From: a virus
Taxonomy: Duplodnaviria; Caudoviricetes
Length of the DNA: 64,000 nt
Strand: one strand, 5' to 3'
IMG/VR virus record: IMGVR_UViG_3300044475_000035
Location: 19,189-83,188 of that record
Positions 47,293-55,570 of the stretch are shown here, piece by piece. Every line of letters starts with the position of its first letter. Position 1 is the first letter of the stretch. A model generated the notes under the pieces. The model had not been told where the DNA came from, searched no databases, and saw nothing but the letters and a program-made list of their open reading frames with translations. The translations under genes and the position numbers were made by a program.

Positions 47293-47730
47293 TCATAACT
47301 TACTTGCTGAAACTCTGAAAGTATTTTTACCATAAATTTCATTAATAACAGCTTGAGCATTATCATAAGTATCAGCTTTAATAGTTACATAATTATCAAA
47401 ACTATTTCGGCAATGAAACTTATAAGGTTTTTGTATGTTGTACTCTACTCCGTTATCTGAATAATTACAAGAGTTATCTAACAAATTCATATCATCTTTT
47501 GTTAAGACGTTGGGTTTGTATTTCTTTTTACCTAGGATATAAGTAAATAAACCTCCATCTCGTAAGACATCTTCTAAGGTTTGTTCTGTTACAACCTCTA
47601 CAACTTGCTCTTTACCAAGAGATTGTTGTTGATCTAAAAGAGATTTAGAGATTGTCTTTTCAAGTTCTGTTGCACTCATAAACTTACTAATGCCTGAATC
47701 TTGTAGACTCTTTAAAGTAATATCTTTCAA
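47293..47730 (-). CDS. Hypothetical protein
   Basis: TTG start behind AAAGGAG. Confidence 0.6.
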   Translation of the reverse strand: MKDITLKSLQDSGISKFMSATELEKTISKSLLDQQQSLGKEQVVEVVTEQTLEDVLRDGGLFTYILGKKKYKPNVLTKDDMNLLDNSCNYSDNGVEYNIQKPYKFHCRNSFDNYVTIKADTYDNAQAVINEIYGKNTFRVSASKL

Positions 47731-47731
47731 C

Positions 47732-48013
47732 TTAAACTCCTTTAATAATCTTCTGTAGCGTTTCATTAAACTGTTTAGTATCTTTATAAATACTATCATC
47801 TTTCTCTAATTCAAAGATTGTATCAACTACATCTTCAAGAGAATCTATACCTGTTGTCGTAAAGATTACATTCTGTTTGTATTCTACAATAAATTGAAGT
47901 TGCATTGTACTTTGTAAAGCACTGGTATCAATCTTCTTTGGACGAATTATAATACTGTAATCACCATAGATTAGGGAGTTGTGCAGCACTTTAAACTTAG
48001 ATAGTTTTTGCAT
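47732..48013 (-). CDS. Hypothetical protein
   Basis: GAGGTG RBS. Confidence 0.6.
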   Translation of the reverse strand: MQKLSKFKVLHNSLIYGDYSIIIRPKKIDTSALQSTMQLQFIVEYKQNVIFTTTGIDSLEDVVDTIFELEKDDSIYKDTKQFNETLQKIIKGV

Positions 48014-48022
48014 AAAACACCT

Positions 48023-48847
48023 CTAAACTGCACTGTTTAGCTTCTGTAAGGAAACATTACACGGGTGTTGGATACCAGTGACGCTTGACCAACTCCTACC
48101 ATTAACAATTGAACTTAGTGCTTGTGCAGAAACGGGGTAGTCTTTAGAAATCTCTTTCAACATCTCGCCATTGTGATACCTATGAACTATTTGCAAGACA
48201 TCCGCATTGGTTAATTGAGACTTTTTCTCGCCAGAGGAAACTTTTGTTAAACCTGTCTTTAAGGCGTGATGAATGTTTTCCTTTGGTGTACACCATTCGA
48301 GATTTGCTACGTCATTATCGGATTTAATTCCGTTGATATGATTTACTTGAGGTTTACCTAAAGGGTTTTCAATGAACGCATAAGCAACAATTCTATGTAA
48401 ACTTAGTGTTTTGCATTCCCCACCATTCTTCAAGGTTACTCGGCTGTAACCTTTGTGACTAATATTTGGTTTTAACTGCGTCAGCTTCCAGTTACCTGTA
48501 CGAGCGACTGAAAATACTTGCCCTAAGTTTGAAACAATGTAATTTTTACCAAAGCCTTCAACAAGCCTCGTTTTGACCATCCCTTCATTACGTTCTAACA
48601 CAACCATATCTTTAAGTTGTTGTACAGTGATTAGAGTATGGTTTTCTAGTTCGCACCAAGAAGTTGAGGTGAAGTGCGGTTTCATAGAATGAAAAGTTCC
48701 AATGTATGTTGTTTCATCATTAAGGATAGTTCCACCTTTACGATAACCTAACTTCTCAAACAAATCTTGAATTTCATCTAAATCTTCTGTTGTATGTGTT
48801 AAATAACTAACGGCAATCTTGTATGACTTACTTGAATCATGTTTCAT
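48023..48847 (-). CDS. NUMOD4-type HNH homing endonuclease fused to an unrelated N-terminal domain
   Basis: Y.VSNLG.V.S, HRIVA.AFI.NP...PQVNHINGIKSDN...NLEWCT..EN..HA and a C-terminal HTH. Confidence 0.88.
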   Translation of the reverse strand: MKHDSSKSYKIAVSYLTHTTEDLDEIQDLFEKLGYRKGGTILNDETTYIGTFHSMKPHFTSTSWCELENHTLITVQQLKDMVVLERNEGMVKTRLVEGFGKNYIVSNLGQVFSVARTGNWKLTQLKPNISHKGYSRVTLKNGGECKTLSLHRIVAYAFIENPLGKPQVNHINGIKSDNDVANLEWCTPKENIHHALKTGLTKVSSGEKKSQLTNADVLQIVHRYHNGEMLKEISKDYPVSAQALSSIVNGRSWSSVTGIQHPCNVSLQKLNSAV

Positions 48848-48848
48848 T

Positions 48849-49106
48849 TTAAATCTCCTTTAATGTATGTGTTGTAACAATCTCAACTTGCACCCATTCA
48901 CCCAACTCAACCTCTTTGTAACCATAATTCGCACTCTCAAACCATGTCTTTTGTGCAGGTTTATCAGTGCAACTAATAAGTACTTTCGATATGTTATCTG
49001 TCCACCCGTGCGACCACTCATTTGAACTGTATGAGGTATCTCCCCAAAACCTATCACCGTGTTTTAACGCCCAACCTGATTTTCTTGCCGTTGTTAATGT
49101 TCGCAT
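48849..49106 (-). CDS. Hypothetical protein
   Basis: AAGGAGA RBS. Confidence 0.65.
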   Translation of the reverse strand: MRTLTTARKSGWALKHGDRFWGDTSYSSNEWSHGWTDNISKVLISCTDKPAQKTWFESANYGYKEVELGEWVQVEIVTTHTLKEI

Positions 49107-49200
49107 ATTACTCTCCTTAAAACCTATTAAAACATTTGATACGAAGAATAGTAACAGTAACTTCTTCTTGTTGCAATAGGTTTATCAGATTTATTTTAAA

Positions 49201-49728
49201 TTATTTCCAAAACGTATGGCCTCCAATCTTAGTAGTGCATTTAGCTGTAGGTGTAGGTTTCTTGTTTATAGAGTTAAAATATAAAGCCCCTTTGCTGTAA
49301 TCTTTATGCTTCCCATCTACAACTTCTTGTGCTAGTTGTTTAGCTAAAGCATATTGTTCAGGTTCTTTGATCTTAGGTTTGTGCTTAACCCACGAATATT
49401 GTCCTTTAGCGTAGACAACACCACAAACAGTCTTAGGAAATCTAGTATCTTTTACTCGATTAAGGGTTACGTTAATTACAGCAATCATACCTTGTTTACT
49501 CTCTCCTTTACTCTCATGATATGTTACAGTAGCTAAGCACTCTAATTGCTTCTCAGAGAGGGTTTGTTGCTCTGTTAAGTTACTCCCATAGCTCTTAGCT
49601 TCTAACGTTGCTGTATGAGCGTATGAGAGCGTAAATACGAGGGTTATTGTTATACCTCTCAGTAGTTGTTTCATGCGTTTAGTGAACTTAGTTCGTTTAA
49701 CGTGTTTAATATTTTTAAATTTAATCAA
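49201..49728 (-). CDS. Cell wall hydrolase, SleB/Hydrolase_2 family
   Basis: CLA...YHESKGE, NRV....FP.TVCGVV....QYSW, GALYF and IGGH.F motifs; hydrophobic N-terminal segment. Confidence 0.9.
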   Translation of the reverse strand: MIKFKNIKHVKRTKFTKRMKQLLRGITITLVFTLSYAHTATLEAKSYGSNLTEQQTLSEKQLECLATVTYHESKGESKQGMIAVINVTLNRVKDTRFPKTVCGVVYAKGQYSWVKHKPKIKEPEQYALAKQLAQEVVDGKHKDYSKGALYFNSINKKPTPTAKCTTKIGGHTFWK

Positions 49729-49836
49729 AATTTATCCTTTTGTTTAATGTATTTACGAAATACATAGTTAATAAAAAGGAGAGATAACAATTACGTCACT
49801 CTCCTATATGGTTACTTTAACATATGTGTGCGTGTT

Positions 49837-50043
49837 TTACAACTTTGGTTGAGGAGGTCGTAGCATCCAATGTGTTATTTCATCATCTCCTGCACAACAA
49901 CCACAACCAAAAGCTTCGAAGTGAACAACAGTAAATCTCTTAGTATCTTTTTCAAATTGGCACTCAATCATACCATTTTCACAATACCCTAAATAGTACC
50001 CATCTTGATCGGGATAGTTATCATTAACACTAATCCAATTCAT
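49837..50043 (-). CDS. DUF551-like protein
   Basis: MNWISV.D..P...ITHWM..P.P. Confidence 0.75.
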   Translation of the reverse strand: MNWISVNDNYPDQDGYYLGYCENGMIECQFEKDTKRFTVVHFEAFGCGCCAGDDEITHWMLRPPQPKL

Positions 50044-50053
50044 AACTTTCTCC

Positions 50054-50413
50054 TTAATATAAATTCTCTGAAAATAACTCTGTTTCTTCGTAAGCATTTG
50101 TGGGTGATTGACTACCTACTAACCTTACGATTTGCTTTTGTTTTAAAGCAATCTTCCATGCTTCGTAGCGATTAACGAAGCGATATCTAGAAGTTAAGAA
50201 ACCTTGTTCTGCTTCTTTATGCCAATTATCAAAGAAACAACTATCGTGTTCTTCAACATTATCCCAAAGCGAGTACATTGTAGTACAACCATGACGTACG
50301 CCTGCTAAAATAACATCACCGTAACGATTAGCAGCACAAACAATACGTTCTTCGGGGTCAAAGTCAGCACCATAAGGTAATGTATTTAAATACATATAAT
50401 TTTCATTTGTCAT
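50054..50413 (-). CDS. Conserved phage hypothetical protein
   Basis: RIVCAA...G.RH...EQGFLT...FV.R.EA..IA....Q...LFSENLY. Confidence 0.8.
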   Translation of the reverse strand: MTNENYMYLNTLPYGADFDPEERIVCAANRYGDVILAGVRHGCTTMYSLWDNVEEHDSCFFDNWHKEAEQGFLTSRYRFVNRYEAWKIALKQKQIVRLVGSQSPTNAYEETELFSENLY

Positions 50414-50429
50414 TTCAATCTCCTACTCA

Positions 50430-50594
50430 CTAAGGTAACACAGAGCTTGTTGTTTTATAAGTACATTCGCTCTGAGCTTTACCATGATCTACAGTTACAA
50501 GCAATGTTGTTAATGTCATTCGTTCTTTATCTGAAAGTTTATTAACAGTATCTAAAGCTTTATAAAACTTCTTTGATAAGTTACTTAAATCCAC
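50430..50594 (-). CDS. Hypothetical protein
   Basis: GTG start behind AAGGAGA. Confidence 0.5.
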   Translation of the reverse strand: MDLSNLSKKFYKALDTVNKLSDKERMTLTTLLVTVDHGKAQSECTYKTTSSVLP

Positions 50595-50604
50595 ATTAAT
50601 CTCC

Positions 50605-50970
50605 TTAACGACTACAATAAACAAAAGCATCTCGATGACGATAGCACTCATACAAATAATTACACAAGAAACTAATTAATCCTTGGTATGTACCATAACC
50701 ATTTTCAGGTAAGTACTGAGTTAGTACAGATTCATATTTAATCAAATCTTCAATTAGACTAGGTAGATAACTTACAACCAATAGAACAGGGACTTTACCA
50801 TTCTCTAATCCTGTCAATTCATCAGGTCTCCATACAGCTTCATAATAACTCTTACCTACTAATTTACCACAAGCACTAACAACTTTGTTTAGATTGTGTG
50901 TGATTTGTAGATGATAGTCACCTTCTATCTCTTTACCATCTTCATCAAAGAAATAAATATTTAATCCCAT
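50605..50970 (-). CDS. Conserved phage hypothetical protein
   Basis: ITHNL...WRPDE...P.NG.GTY.GL..F motif. Confidence 0.75.
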   Translation of the reverse strand: MGLNIYFFDEDGKEIEGDYHLQITHNLNKVVSACGKLVGKSYYEAVWRPDELTGLENGKVPVLLVVSYLPSLIEDLIKYESVLTQYLPENGYGTYQGLISFLCNYLYECYRHRDAFVYCSR

Positions 50971-50971
50971 G

Positions 50972-51163
50972 TTAATCTCCTTCATACACCAATTCTCTAG
51001 TGTCTACATCATAAGCAAAGGAAAGGATATAAGAATAAGGTCTTTCACTGTTGTCTAAACACCAACGTGCAGCTTGTTCTACACTATCAAATACCTTTTC
51101 TACATTACCACACCAAGCACCGTGATAATCATCGTCGTGTTTTGAAATAATTGCTTTAATCAT
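50972..51163 (-). CDS. Hypothetical protein
   Basis: AGGAGG RBS. Confidence 0.6.
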   Translation of the reverse strand: MIKAIISKHDDDYHGAWCGNVEKVFDSVEQAARWCLDNSERPYSYILSFAYDVDTRELVYEGD

Positions 51164-51174
51164 AAAAAACCTCC

Positions 51175-51357
51175 TTAACTTGATAGTTTAAGTAGTTCAA
51201 TAAACTGCAAAGCTTGGTCTTCTGTATAAAAACGAAACAATGTCAATGAGTTAAAATCTCTGTCTTCTTTAACTCTTACACAAAATACATCAAAAGAACG
51301 AGGATCAATAAATGTTTCCCACTCACGACCACGTTTGTCTTTAAATTCAATATTCAT
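51175..51357 (-). CDS. Hypothetical protein
   Basis: ATGA overlap. Confidence 0.6.
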   Translation of the reverse strand: MNIEFKDKRGREWETFIDPRSFDVFCVRVKEDRDFNSLTLFRFYTEDQALQFIELLKLSS

Positions 51358-51518
51358 TCTAGAACCTCTACATCTAAATCAAATTTCTCAAATAAGTCTT
51401 TAATCACCAACTGAACCTCTATAGCTTTAAATTGTTTAGCATAAGAGTATCCATCTGACAGATGATCTTGTAGTTTAGATTTGTATTCTTCTAAAGAAAT
51501 CTGCTTACATTTATTCAT
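51354..51518 (-). CDS. Hypothetical protein
   Basis: AAGGAGA RBS before MNKCK. Confidence 0.55.
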   Translation of the reverse strand: MNKCKQISLEEYKSKLQDHLSDGYSYAKQFKAIEVQLVIKDLFEKFDLDVEVLE

Positions 51519-51528
51519 TTCAATCTCC

Positions 51529-52104
51529 TTAACGTGCAATATAAGTGTAATTAGGAAACTTGTCAATCATTTTTTGTTTAAACTTCTCCGTATGAGAATA
51601 CAACTCACCAGTCTCAATTAACAATTCTCTCTCTGCACCAATATCAAACATACTTGTAGTCCAAATATTAACACCATCAGACCAAGCTTGACACATGTTA
51701 TATGCAAACTTACCTACCTGCACATTTTCTTTCTTTAATTGGATAAACTGAAACTTCACACCTTCAATAGAGCACTCAAATACATTAACAATATCAGGAT
51801 TTAACAGATAGTTACTGTAATCATCTTTTGGTTGTGTTGCATCATGTGTTTTTGCTGTACCATTAAACCCAACAACATCTAGTTCACCAACACCAAGAAG
51901 ATGTCTCAAAATAGAGGTTTGTTTTCTAATATTATCACTGTTGTAATGACCTTCTTCATGATAGTAAAATATATCAATATCATTTGCTAATTGATTAAAA
52001 TACCAATCTCTAGCTGCACCACCTGCAATGATAGCACGATTATCTAAGTGTTTAATTTTATCTAACACAGTTTTAGCAATTTGTTTCTGTTCTACAATAT
52101 TCAC
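51529..52104 (-). CDS. Nucleotidyltransferase (CCA-adding/poly(A) polymerase head-like)
   Basis: IAGGAARD...NDIDIF signature; GTG start at 52104 behind GGGAGA. Confidence 0.8.
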   Translation of the reverse strand: MNIVEQKQIAKTVLDKIKHLDNRAIIAGGAARDWYFNQLANDIDIFYYHEEGHYNSDNIRKQTSILRHLLGVGELDVVGFNGTAKTHDATQPKDDYSNYLLNPDIVNVFECSIEGVKFQFIQLKKENVQVGKFAYNMCQAWSDGVNIWTTSMFDIGAERELLIETGELYSHTEKFKQKMIDKFPNYTYIAR

Positions 52105-52250
52105 AATCTTCTCCCTAGTCTCTGTTCTGAATATGTATGTAATATACACAACAATAAATTTAAAATCAATAGTAATTTAACACACAAACAAGAATATTTA
52201 AGTTTATTTGTATCTAGTATAAGTATCTCTATTAAGTTATATAAATATAC

Positions 52251-52450
52251 AATATCTAATACTAAATGTAATACTATAAGTATATATATATATATATATA
52301 TATTCTTTATCATTTGATCTAAGACAGTCTAGGATTCTAATATATAAATACTATTTTGTTTAATTAAATAACTTAAACCGCAGTGCATTTTCTTTATCAT
52401 AGCTTATGAACTTCTGTTGTCAAGACCTTCTTTAAGTAAAGTTTTGTAAC
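52251..52450. repeat. AT-rich element copy B (homologous to 22203-22458)
   Basis: Same 22-mer and 17-mer as copy A, (TA)11 at 52281-52302, leftward TTGACA-16-TATGAT at 52396-52423. Confidence 0.8.
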
Positions 52451-52712
52451 AACCTTATAAAACAATAACTTATCTTTTGGTATTGAAACACTTTGTAGTA
52501 TTGTGTTGATGAGTAATATTGTGTTGGGTAGGTTTAGTAGGTTGGGTTTGAGTGTAACAGGTTCGGCTTGTTGTTTGGTGTAAATATTAATGCAATATTC
52601 ATACAGTCTGATGTAACTTGAGTTATGTGTATAGAAATAACATCAAACATAGTGTTTAAAGAGCCGTACAGTCGATTCTAGCGACTTTAGGGTTGAGGTG
52701 GTATGATTTTAG

Positions 52713-52742
52713 TTGACAAGATTGCAAGAGTGGGTGTAGGAT
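52713..52742 (+). promoter_or_regulatory. Sigma70-like promoter for the replication block
   Basis: TTGACA-18-TAGGAT. Confidence 0.5.
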
Positions 52743-52791
52743 GCTTCTATCGAAACAACAGATAATTTTAGAATCTTTAAGGAGAGTACAA

Positions 52792-53556
52792 ATGAAGTAC
52801 ATGGGTAGTAAAGCTCGTATCGCAAAGCACATCTTGCCGATCATGCTAGAAGAAGCTGAAAAGCATGGAATTACAACATGGGTTGAACCGTTTGTTGGTG
52901 GAGCTAATATGATTAAAACTGTACCAAAGAAGTTGAAACGAATTGGTTACGATAAGAATGTTTACTTGATAGAGATGTATAAGCACATACAAAAACATGG
53001 CTTTACCTACACAAAAGAAATTTCAAAAGAATTATATAGTGAATGTCGTAACGCTTACAACACAAACTCATGGCACGTAGGTACTCAAGAGGTTGATACT
53101 TCGTTTATCGGATGGGTGGGTTTTATGGCATCCGCTAACGGAAGATTTTTTGACGGAGGTTATAGCGGTATTAGTAAAACTAAGATTGGAACTGAGAGAA
53201 ATTATATAGACGAAAGTGTACGTGGTTTAAAGAAAGAGTTCCCTGATCTGCAAGACGTTGATTTCATTTCGGAAGATTATTTAAACTTAGGTTTTAAAAA
53301 TTCTTTAATTTATTGCGACCCTCCGTATAAAGGGACAAAAACTTACAATACATCAAAGAATTTTGATCACGAACAATTCTTTGATTGGTGCAGGGAACAA
53401 GCTAAGTATAACGTAGTGTTTGTATCAGAGTATGATGCACCTGCTGATTTTGAGTGTGTTTGGTCACAAGAAGTTAAAAGTTCGTTATCAGCTAATGGTG
53501 TTTGTGGTGGTAGTAAAAAATCAGTTGAAAAACTATTTAAGGTAAACCCTAAATGA
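52792..53556 (+). CDS. DNA adenine methyltransferase (Dam/D12 class)
   Basis: MKYMGSK, EPFVGG, YCDPPY and VSEY motifs. Confidence 0.9.
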   Translation: MKYMGSKARIAKHILPIMLEEAEKHGITTWVEPFVGGANMIKTVPKKLKRIGYDKNVYLIEMYKHIQKHGFTYTKEISKELYSECRNAYNTNSWHVGTQEVDTSFIGWVGFMASANGRFFDGGYSGISKTKIGTERNYIDESVRGLKKEFPDLQDVDFISEDYLNLGFKNSLIYCDPPYKGTKTYNTSKNFDHEQFFDWCREQAKYNVVFVSEYDAPADFECVWSQEVKSSLSANGVCGGSKKSVEKLFKVNPK

Positions 53557-53762
53557 ATAAACAATCTTTAGAATTACATATCGAAACACTAACTCAAATG
53601 TTAGTAGGTTTGATTTTAGGGTATGTAATTCTTAGAGCGTTTGGATTAACAAATTCTCAAAGTATAACTTTACAGTTTATTTTCTTTGTTGTATCCTACG
53701 CTCGAAGTTACACAATACGTTGGTTGTTTAAAGAAGTAATCTTTAAGCAGAAAACAAATTAG
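53553..53762 (+). CDS. Small membrane protein
   Basis: QS.E......G...F...S..RSY.IR.LF pattern; hydrophobic. Confidence 0.7.
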   Translation: MNKQSLELHIETLTQMLVGLILGYVILRAFGLTNSQSITLQFIFFVVSYARSYTIRWLFKEVIFKQKTN

Positions 53763-53773
53763 GAGATTATTAA

Positions 53774-55501
53774 GTGTCATACGAATTTAAGATGAAAAAA
53801 CAGGAGAAGGCTGTTGTGAATGAAGTAGTAAATAAAGAAACTGTAGAAGATATTAAACTATACCCAATCGTAGAGAACAAGCAACGTGGAATAACTAAAG
53901 AGACTTGCATGAAGTTTGGTGTACGTGCTTCTCTTAGTGAAAAAGACGGTAAAACACCAACAGCTTACTACTTCCCGTCATACAACCAAAAAGGTGAGAT
54001 CATTGGTTATACAAAACAGGATGTAACCAAGAACAAAGATGAAAAGTGGCATTGGTCTGCTGTAGGAACAGTTGCAATTGGAAATAAATTGTTTGGTCAG
54101 AATGTAGCAGAACAAGTTAATCGTAAGCATACAAACTTTACAGTTACAGAAGGTCAATGGGATTGTTTATCTGTGTTCCAAGCACAGTGCGACAGCGTTA
54201 AAGGTACAAAGTATGAAGGACACCAACCTTTTGTTGTATCAATTCCATTAGGGACAAAGAATGCTGTTGAGAGTATGCTACACAACAAAGACTTTGTGAA
54301 AAGCTTCCAAAGCATGACAATCTTTTTTGATGATGATGCAGCAACACCAGCAGAGCTTAAGAAAGGAATTATGCGTGGTAAAGAGGCTACAGAGGAAGTA
54401 TCATCTGTTTTTATTGGGGAGATTGAACTATGGTGCGTACAACCAGCAGATGATAAGAAAGATGCATCTGATTACATGCAAGCAGGGCAATCAAATGAAT
54501 TGGCTAAATTAGTCCAGTTTGGGCGTAAACCTCTTGTAACAGAGAAAATCGCACAAGTAGATTCTATCTCTTTTGAAGATTTGATTACACCAATGCCAAA
54601 AGGTGTAGATATTCAGTGTTTTCCAAAACTAAATGATATGATTTACGGCATCCGCAAAGGTGAATTGACTGTAGTTACTAGCCATGCTGGAGCAGGAAAA
54701 ACAACTTGCTTAACTAAAGTAGCTGAAAACCTTGTTGCCATAGGGGAGCGTATTGGACTTATCTATTTGGAAGAAAAGAATAAGCAGACGTTACAGCGAT
54801 TCGTTAGCTCTTCTTTAGGCGTTTCATACAAGAAGTTCAAAAGGAATCCTTTATCTGTTGCAACGCAAGAGGACATCTCTGTTGTGTATAATAGATTTGT
54901 TCAAGATAGAATGTTGGTTATGCTCGACCATTTTGGTTCTTTACCAATTTCAACATTAATGCAAAAAGTTAAGCATATGTATTTTGTTGAAGGTTGTAAA
55001 TATATCTTCCTAGATCACCTATCAATGGTTATTTCAGGAAGTCAAGTTAATGATGAGCGTAAAGAGCTTGATATTGTAATGACGGAGTTAGCAGCTTTCT
55101 GTGCTGCACACGATGTCGCTATCTTCTTGGTTGTTCACCTTAACCGACAAGGAAGTGCAGATTTAAAACCACCAAAAGGTAAAGAAGACGGGCCTTTCTG
55201 GGTTCGAGTCACTAAGGAACATATTAGAGGCAGTGCAAGCATTGAGCAGATCGCTTGGAATGTGTTAGGTATTGAACAAGAGATTATGCCTGACCGTTCT
55301 CGTGGAAGAGCAAGATGGGTATTCTTGAAAAACCGTGATGGTGGGGAGCTTGGTGTGGCAGATGTATTCTCTATCAACGATGAAGATTGGTCTGTAAAAC
55401 TTTATAATGACGGAGAGGAGTTCATCCAACCACAACAAGGCAAGGAATCTGTGACAATCAAGCCTAAGTGCTTAGATGATGACCCCGAACTTGGTTTTTA
55501 A
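53774..55501 (+). CDS. T7 gp4-like primase-helicase
   Basis: TOPRIM VTEG..D, FDDD and KDASD; helicase AGAGKTT, YLEE, LDHLS, VVHL, RGSASIEQ and KNR..GE.G motifs. Confidence 0.92.
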   Translation: MSYEFKMKKQEKAVVNEVVNKETVEDIKLYPIVENKQRGITKETCMKFGVRASLSEKDGKTPTAYYFPSYNQKGEIIGYTKQDVTKNKDEKWHWSAVGTVAIGNKLFGQNVAEQVNRKHTNFTVTEGQWDCLSVFQAQCDSVKGTKYEGHQPFVVSIPLGTKNAVESMLHNKDFVKSFQSMTIFFDDDAATPAELKKGIMRGKEATEEVSSVFIGEIELWCVQPADDKKDASDYMQAGQSNELAKLVQFGRKPLVTEKIAQVDSISFEDLITPMPKGVDIQCFPKLNDMIYGIRKGELTVVTSHAGAGKTTCLTKVAENLVAIGERIGLIYLEEKNKQTLQRFVSSSLGVSYKKFKRNPLSVATQEDISVVYNRFVQDRMLVMLDHFGSLPISTLMQKVKHMYFVEGCKYIFLDHLSMVISGSQVNDERKELDIVMTELAAFCAAHDVAIFLVVHLNRQGSADLKPPKGKEDGPFWVRVTKEHIRGSASIEQIAWNVLGIEQEIMPDRSRGRARWVFLKNRDGGELGVADVFSINDEDWSVKLYNDGEEFIQPQQGKESVTIKPKCLDDDPELGF

Positions 55502-55511
55502 TTTACATGGG

Positions 55512-55547
55512 AGAGAGCTTGACAGCTCTCTTTTTTATTTATAGAAT
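55512..55547 (+). promoter_or_regulatory. Overlapping terminator and sigma70 promoter ahead of the DNA polymerase gene
   Basis: GAGAGC-TTGACA-GCTCTC hairpin with T-run; TTGACA-17-TAGAAT. Confidence 0.7.
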
Positions 55548-55570
55548 GCAAGTAACTTAAAGGAGTTGTT

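Noticed and set aside
52081-52317. ORFs 52081..52317 (+) and 52101..52313 (-) with IYIYIY runs
   Set aside because: They arise from the (TA)n tract and AT-rich element; no RBS or protein-like composition.
52741-52791. N-terminal extension of the methylase given in the ORF track
   Set aside because: The AAGGAGA RBS and the family-typical MKYMGSK start point to the ATG at 52792.
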